This document shows positions 58,831 to 64,000 of a stretch of 64,000 nucleotides of DNA, one piece after another. The stretch's first letter is position 1; the number at the start of each line of letters is the position of its first letter. A program made the position numbers and the translations under genes. This DNA comes from an uncultured Anaerolineales bacterium (GTDB taxonomy: Bacteria > Chloroflexota > Anaerolineae > Anaerolineales > UBA11858): contig CAZTWV010000001.1 in assembly GCA_964618295.1 (NCBI GenBank), forward strand, positions 92,863 through 156,862, written 5' to 3'. The notes under the pieces are model-generated. The model ran no database searches, was not told the DNA's origin, and was given only the letters and a program-made list of their open reading frames with translations.

Positions 58831-58984
58831 ATTTAACCTCTCTTGAGTTAAAACTTGGAACTGTATTTTAAAGATAACAAAATTCCAGTTATAATAACAG
58901 ATACAGTTCATATCAATTGATACCATAACAGTTGGGGCTTATCCCGAAGCGTGATTTTCAGTTTATTGATCAGCGTGGTGAAAA

Positions 58985-60397
58985 ATGTACAAATATGAAC
59001 AGGTTGTCAAAGATATTATTCAGCAAATAGAAAATGGAACCTACAGCCCCGGTTCAAGACTCCCGTCCCTGCGGGATTTGAGTGAACAGCTGGAGGTCAG
59101 CATCTCTACGGTTACCCAGGCCTATTATTTGTTGGAAGCCCGCGGTTGGGTAAAAGTTCTGGACCGATCAGGTTTTTATGTTCGCAATCAGCTCCCCAAT
59201 TTACTGCCGGAACCTGATAAATCATCGCCTCTTGCCGACCCCAGCCGGGTCAGTATGCGGACGATTATCAACCGGATAGTACATACGGATACTCAGTATC
59301 CAGATCTCGTGCAGCTGGGAGCAGCCCATCCAAATCCAGAGCTTTCGGCAACTACCGAGATAAACTGCTCTATGCGCAGGATGGAGCGGGAATTGACCAA
59401 TCGAGTGGGGATGTATGACTATGTTCCCGGTCTGCTGCCGCTCAGGATTCAGATTGCCAGGCGGTCCCTGATTTCAGGCTGCCAAATTTCACCGGATGAG
59501 GTTATTATCACCACCGGCTGTACAGAAGCGATCAATTTATCCCTGCGGGCAGTCTGTCAGCCAGGGGATACGGTGGCTATTGAATCTCCAATGGTGTTTG
59601 ATACCCTTTTAATGTTAGATATCCTGGGTTTAAAGGCAGTAGAAATTCCGACCCATCCCCGGTCTGGGATGGACCTGGATGCCCTTGAGGCAGCAATTAA
59701 AAGAAACCCGATTTCAGCAGTAATAGTAATTTCGAATTTTAACAATCCCCTGGGGAGTTCAATACCGGAAGAGTCCAAAAGGAAATTGGCAGAGTTGGTC
59801 AATCGGGAGCAAATTCCTTTGATTGAAAATGAGATCTTTGGTGAGCTGTACTTTGGAGATCAGCGTCCAAAGACTGTGAAGGCTTTTGATCGGGATGGAT
59901 GGGTGATCCTGTGTTCCTCCTTTTCAAAAAGCCTGGCTCCAGGATACCGGGTCGGCTGGGTGCTCCCCGGTCGATTTCAGGAGATGGTGGAATGGCTGAA
60001 GTACACAACCAGCTTAGCTTCGCCCACCCTGGCTGAATATGGGATAGCCGATTTTATGGACAGCGGTAGATACCAGCCTTATTTACGGAAAGTTCGCAGG
60101 GAATATGCCCGGCGCATGTCAGCTTTATCCCAATCTGTGCGGAGGTTTTTTCCAGCGGAGACCCGCTTGACTCGACCTAAAGGTGGGTTTGTGCTCTGGG
60201 TTGAACTTCCGGAATCAGTGGATGCCCTGGAGGTCTATTACCGGGCACTTGAAGCAGGTACAGCAATCACCCCTGGCCACTTATTTTCAGCTTCAGATCA
60301 ATATCAGCACTTTATCCGATTAAATGCTGCCAACTGGTCCCCTGATGTAGATGGGCACATCAAACAATTAGGTCAATTCATTTCAGGCGACATATAG
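58985..60397 (+). CDS. MocR/PdxR-type regulator (GntR wHTH + class-I aminotransferase-like domain)
   Basis: 'LPSLRDLSEQLEVSISTVTQAYYLLEARGWV' plus an aminotransferase fold with 'SFSKSLAPGYRVGW' (PLP lysine). Confidence 0.9.
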   Translation: MYKYEQVVKDIIQQIENGTYSPGSRLPSLRDLSEQLEVSISTVTQAYYLLEARGWVKVLDRSGFYVRNQLPNLLPEPDKSSPLADPSRVSMRTIINRIVHTDTQYPDLVQLGAAHPNPELSATTEINCSMRRMERELTNRVGMYDYVPGLLPLRIQIARRSLISGCQISPDEVIITTGCTEAINLSLRAVCQPGDTVAIESPMVFDTLLMLDILGLKAVEIPTHPRSGMDLDALEAAIKRNPISAVIVISNFNNPLGSSIPEESKRKLAELVNREQIPLIENEIFGELYFGDQRPKTVKAFDRDGWVILCSSFSKSLAPGYRVGWVLPGRFQEMVEWLKYTTSLASPTLAEYGIADFMDSGRYQPYLRKVRREYARRMSALSQSVRRFFPAETRLTRPKGGFVLWVELPESVDALEVYYRALEAGTAITPGHLFSASDQYQHFIRLNAANWSPDVDGHIKQLGQFISGDI

Positions 60398-60499
60398 ACC
60401 TGTAATAGAAGAATAGAAGTTAAATTTAATCCCTCTTGTCGACTATTTTTGTATAATGGTTACAAGGGGATCAGAACTTTATCTGAATGGGGGTAAATA

Positions 60500-61045
60500 A
60501 TGTCCCAGTATTACTTATCTGCAGACTCTTTAATCCTGGTCGCGATCCTTCCAAGTCCAAAAGATCTGAATTATGCCCGTGTGCTGGGATGGTATCGGAT
60601 TCCGGCCAGAACTGCACCCCGGGTCTTGAATGTAGATTTTCTGGCTTTTTATCAGCCGGCTTCTTTCCTGGACCACCGCTGGAGGATAGATTATCTGGCA
60701 CAGGTCCGGGGCCATGAGCTGACTACCCGGCTGGAGCTGATCCAGGATCAACCTGATCATCCCCGGGCGGACCATGAATATTACAAAATTCAGCTGGGTC
60801 CGCTGATGAAGCTGCAGCATGCAATCCGGGCCGGGTCCTGGAAAAGATTCACCTTTTTATATACCACGGGAGAGTACTTTCAACAGGCCAGGACGCTGAC
60901 GGATCTGACGGTCTCACCCTCCGAGCGCCGACAGCTCTGGAAGGCTTTCCGGGAACGGGGTGGGTCGGATGGTGGGTATCTTCCAGATCCTGCCCAAGAA
61001 GATGTACCGGATGAGGTGATTGCAGCTTTGCTCGGGATCATTTGA
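60500..61045 (+). CDS. Hypothetical protein (181 aa), no recognised domain
   Basis: An intact ORF with a plausible RBS (GGGGGTAAATAATG). I recognise no motifs. Confidence 0.55.
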   Translation: MSQYYLSADSLILVAILPSPKDLNYARVLGWYRIPARTAPRVLNVDFLAFYQPASFLDHRWRIDYLAQVRGHELTTRLELIQDQPDHPRADHEYYKIQLGPLMKLQHAIRAGSWKRFTFLYTTGEYFQQARTLTDLTVSPSERRQLWKAFRERGGSDGGYLPDPAQEDVPDEVIAALLGII

Positions 61046-61207
61046 TCAAAGATTGATGTAATTCAGGGATTGGGAACCAGGTTAGGAGATCTGATAAAAT
61101 TTCCCTGCGGTTGGAGATCAAACGCGGGTCTGGTGTATAATTTTCCCAGAAAATACCAGGTAAAAACTTGCCAGGATTTTTCTGTCCCGGCAGGAAAAGG
61201 ATGTTGT

Positions 61208-62629
61208 ATGAAAACAAAAATTATCAAAAATGGAACACTGGTTACTGCCTCGGATACCTTCCAGGCGGACATTAGAATTGAGGAAGAAAAGATTGCCCTG
61301 ATCGGGAACGATCTGGATCAAACAGGGGTAGAAGTAATTGACGCGGAAGGGAAATTGATTTTTCCCGGGGGGATAGATCCCCATGTTCACCTGGATTTAC
61401 CGATGTTCAATACAGTTTCCTCGGACGACCATTACACAGGACATAAGGCGGCTGCTTTTGGAGGAACAACGACCGTAATGGACTTTGTGGAGGATCGGGA
61501 TTCGGATTTGCTGAAGAATCTGGATACCTGGCATGAAATGGCAGATCCCAAGGCTGCCATTGATTTCGGTTTTCATTTGAATATCACGAACTTCAATTCG
61601 GAAGTTGGGGCCCAGATTCCAGATTTGGTTTCTGCGGGGGTGACCACATTGAAAGTTTTTACTGCCTACAACAACCGGCTGCGCTTGCAGGACGGTGAAA
61701 TTTTCCAGGTACTGCGGATTGCAGCTGAGCATGGGATGCTGACCATGCTGCATGCTGAAAATGGTGATGTGATCGATATTCTGGTCTCCGAAGCGCTCAA
61801 GGCCGGTCATACTGCTCCTGAATGGCATGCCCATACGCGGCCTGCATGGGGAGCGGTTGAATCTGTACTCCGGGCTTCTGCACTGGCTGCCCAGGCGGAT
61901 GCTCCGCTGTATATTGTTCATATGAACACAGCCGGGGGAGTGGATCAGCTCCGATACGCCAGGGAACGGGGTGTGAAAGTGATGGGTGAGACCTGCCCGC
62001 AGTATTTGTTCTTCACCGTGGATGACTTGAAACGTAACGATGGAGCAAAGTGGATCTGTTCCCCGCCGATGCGAAGCCCCGCGGATAACGAACGGATCTG
62101 GGAGCGGTTAATGGATAATACTCTCCAGACTGTTGGAACGGATCACTGTCCCTTTTTCTATAATGGTGATCAGGAGATCGTTTATGAAGGTGAAGACGTA
62201 AAAATTCCGGGCAAAGAGCTGGGGGCGAATGATTTCACGCTGATTCCTAACGGTCTCCCGGGAGTGGGGGATCGGATGCCGATTCTCTGGACAGAAGGTG
62301 TCGGAAAAGGCCGGATCACACCAAATCAATTTGTAGCTCAAACCAGCACCAACGCAGCGAAAATCTTCGGGATTTACCCTCAAAAAGGCTGCCTGGCCCC
62401 TGGTTCGGATGCCGACCTGGTAATCTGGGACCCGGAAAAGAAGCTGAAGTATGGTGTGGAAGTTGCCCAGCACCGCACGGATTACAATCTGTATGAGGGT
62501 TGGGAGCTGCAGGGATTTCCCGAGAGGGTTTTTCTGCGCGGCAGCTGTATTGTTGATCAGGGTGAGTGGCGCGGGAACCGGGGCCAGGGAAAATTCTTAA
62601 AACGAAAACCCTTTGCGGAAGTGATCTAA
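61208..62629 (+). CDS. Dihydropyrimidinase / D-hydantoinase-family cyclic amidohydrolase
   Basis: 'PGGIDPHVHLD', 'TLKVFTAY' (carboxylated-Lys context), 'HAENGD', 'HMNT', and 'GTDHCPF'. The start is set at MKTKIIKNG. Confidence 0.88.
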   Translation: MKTKIIKNGTLVTASDTFQADIRIEEEKIALIGNDLDQTGVEVIDAEGKLIFPGGIDPHVHLDLPMFNTVSSDDHYTGHKAAAFGGTTTVMDFVEDRDSDLLKNLDTWHEMADPKAAIDFGFHLNITNFNSEVGAQIPDLVSAGVTTLKVFTAYNNRLRLQDGEIFQVLRIAAEHGMLTMLHAENGDVIDILVSEALKAGHTAPEWHAHTRPAWGAVESVLRASALAAQADAPLYIVHMNTAGGVDQLRYARERGVKVMGETCPQYLFFTVDDLKRNDGAKWICSPPMRSPADNERIWERLMDNTLQTVGTDHCPFFYNGDQEIVYEGEDVKIPGKELGANDFTLIPNGLPGVGDRMPILWTEGVGKGRITPNQFVAQTSTNAAKIFGIYPQKGCLAPGSDADLVIWDPEKKLKYGVEVAQHRTDYNLYEGWELQGFPERVFLRGSCIVDQGEWRGNRGQGKFLKRKPFAEVI

Positions 62630-62654
62630 ATAGAAATCCAGAAAGAATATTAGT

Positions 62655-62694
62655 CAGGAAACGTTTTCCTTTCTGGAAAGCGTTTCCTGTTTTT
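62655..62694 (+). terminator. Rho-independent terminator after the hydantoinase gene
   Basis: A 9-bp perfect stem CAGGAAACG (62655-62663) / CGTTTCCTG (62681-62689) followed by TTTTT. Confidence 0.7.
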
Positions 62695-62802
62695 GGGTCA
62701 GATGGGGAATGAAAAATTATTTGACCAGCGGTAAAATAATACGGATCAGGACAGTGCTGCTTTCCAGTACCATTTGTTTCCACCATAGGATCAGGAGTAT
62801 TT

Positions 62803-63678
62803 ATGGCGGACAGCCTTCAAGTCAACAATTTTCAGTTTTTATGGGGTTCCCGGACTTATGTGATGGGAATCATCAATTTGACGCCCGATAGTTTTTCCGG
62901 GGACGGTCTGGCAGGGAAATCCCTGGAAGAAATCCTCTCCCAGGCTGAAGATTTTGTAGAAGCTGGAGTAGATATTCTCGATATTGGCGGGGAAAGCACC
63001 CGGCCCGGAGCTGAAACAGTCACAGCAGAGGAAGAGTTGAACCGGGTGATCCCGGTGGTAGAAGCATTATCGGCTCGATTTGAATCCCTGATTTCAATTG
63101 ACACTTACAAAGCAAAGGTTGCTGCTGCAGCCCTGGAGGCTGGAGCAGATCTGGTTAATGATGTCTGGGGCCTTCGAGCAGATCCAGATTTAGCTTCCGT
63201 GGTTGCCGAAGCGGATGTTCCGGTGATTTTGATGCATAACCGCAGCAATCCGAACAATGCGGCCATCAAAAGAAATCTTGGGGGCCGGTACGTGGGTGTG
63301 GAGTATGATGATCTATTGGAAGATGTCAAATCAGAATTGATCGAAAGTGTTGATCTGGCATTCAAAGCTGGGATCAAACCTGAAAAGATTATCCTTGATC
63401 CTGGGATTGGATTTGGCAAGACAATTTCCCAGAACCTGGAATTGCTCAACCGGTTAAACGAAATCCGGGATCTGGGCTACCCGGTCCTGCTGGGACCATC
63501 AAGAAAATCATTTATTGGTTACACACTTGAACTTCCTCCAGAAGAACGGTTGGAGGGAACGGCTGCAGCCGTGTCCGTTGGAATTGTGCGGGGGGCAGAT
63601 ATTGTCCGGGTTCATGATGTTCGGGAGCTGATCCGGGTTGTTCGGATGACAGACGCGATCCTGCAGGCTCGAAGCTAA
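62803..63678 (+). CDS. folP: Dihydropteroate synthase
   Basis: 'VMGIINLTPDSFSGDG', 'DIGGESTRPG', 'SIDTYK', 'NDVWG', and 'DPGIGFGK'. Confidence 0.93.
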   Translation: MADSLQVNNFQFLWGSRTYVMGIINLTPDSFSGDGLAGKSLEEILSQAEDFVEAGVDILDIGGESTRPGAETVTAEEELNRVIPVVEALSARFESLISIDTYKAKVAAAALEAGADLVNDVWGLRADPDLASVVAEADVPVILMHNRSNPNNAAIKRNLGGRYVGVEYDDLLEDVKSELIESVDLAFKAGIKPEKIILDPGIGFGKTISQNLELLNRLNEIRDLGYPVLLGPSRKSFIGYTLELPPEERLEGTAAAVSVGIVRGADIVRVHDVRELIRVVRMTDAILQARS

Positions 63679-63710
63679 AATCCAGACTGCCTGATTTTTA
63701 AACTAGCAAG

Positions 63711-63750
63711 AAAAACAGAAATCGGTGACCACCTTTTTCTGTTTTTTTAT
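63711..63750 (+). terminator. Possible A/U-rich terminator after folP
   Basis: AAAAACAGAAA ... TTTCTGTTTTT arms with an inner GGTG/CACC pair and a trailing T-run. Confidence 0.4.
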
Positions 63751-63855
63751 TTGAAACAGGCCTGCTGGAACCCTCCAAAGAGCATGTTCTTACAACAAAT
63801 TAACACTCATACGGTACAGTAGATAGGTAGTTGTGGTGATAGTAGGAGAGAATCG

Positions 63856-64000
63856 ATGAGTGATAAAAAGCATCCTGACCTGCAGAATGCCAGTGCCCCA
63901 ATTTCCTTTCAAACTGAAATAAAACAGCTGTTAAACATTCTGGTTCATTCGCTGTATACTCGGCGGGAAATCTTCCTGCGGGAGCTGCTGTCGAATGCCT
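63856..64000 (+). CDS. htpG: Molecular chaperone HtpG (Hsp90), 5' fragment truncated by the window end
   Basis: Translation [48 protein letters not shown] carries the Hsp90 N-terminal 'EIFLRELxSNA' signature. Confidence 0.85.
   Translation, partial: MSDKKHPDLQNASAPISFQTEIKQLLNILVHSLYTRREIFLRELLSNA

Noticed and set aside
62715-62802. A possible ZTP (pfl) or folate-type riboswitch upstream of folP (TGACCAGCGG resembles the pfl GACUGGCG core).
   Set aside because: There is no downstream CCGCCUGGGC-like pseudoknot partner and no convincing overall architecture. The match is 6 of 8 in one short segment only.
62709-62891. A 60-aa plus-strand ORF overlapping the folP start.
   Set aside because: It is out of frame with folP and has no RBS or motifs. 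It is explained by the folP leader.

Overview
This is a gene-dense bacterial chromosomal segment of roughly 50% GC, with no rRNA, tRNA, CRISPR, transposase or integrase genes that I can see. Lipobox-bearing solute-binding proteins, several Hanks-type kinases and the rpmB / asp23-dak2-degV-recG synteny suggest a monoderm organism such as Chloroflexota or Firmicutes. The taxon cannot be settled without a database search.

The window falls into four blocks.

1. 1-13.1 kb is housekeeping: a PHP/AlbA_2 protein cut by the window edge, mog, an SDR, coaD, recG, degV, DAK2/YloV, asp23, rpmB (59 aa, absent from the ORF track), rpe, a Ser/Thr kinase, a lipid-kinase-like gene and an SH3b membrane protein.

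2. 13.2-20.0 kb is a signalling block. It holds two orphan response regulators and a tightly packed minus-strand operon: PQQ-propeller Ser/Thr kinase, PP2C phosphatase, J-domain/vWA fusion, Zn-ribbon FHA protein, an 80-aa ORF and an OmpR-type regulator.

3. 20.1-30.6 kb carries purB, an aldo/keto reductase, an IMPase-like phosphatase, a metallophosphoesterase, an unusual MtaD-type deaminase fused to a CYTH domain, a membrane protein, gyrB and a third kinase.

4. 30.7-62.6 kb is the most interesting part, a roughly 32-kb purine-centred catabolic supercluster. It contains:
- an 8-oxoguanine/guanine-deaminase-like amidohydrolase
- two adenine-deaminase paralogues
- a GntR/UTRA regulator
- two transcarbamylases with non-canonical second-substrate motifs, followed by carbamate kinase
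- two complete BMP-family ABC transporters, one with an internally tandem-duplicated binding protein
- a three-subunit xanthine-dehydrogenase-family molybdoenzyme
- two PALP-fold PLP enzymes
- a MocR regulator
- a dihydropyrimidinase/hydantoinase

A palindrome, TTGTC[A/T]GACAA, occurs four times in two pairs in front of two genes of this cluster and is a strong candidate operator. folP and the 5' end of htpG close the window.

All functional calls come from motif recognition by eye. No searches were run.
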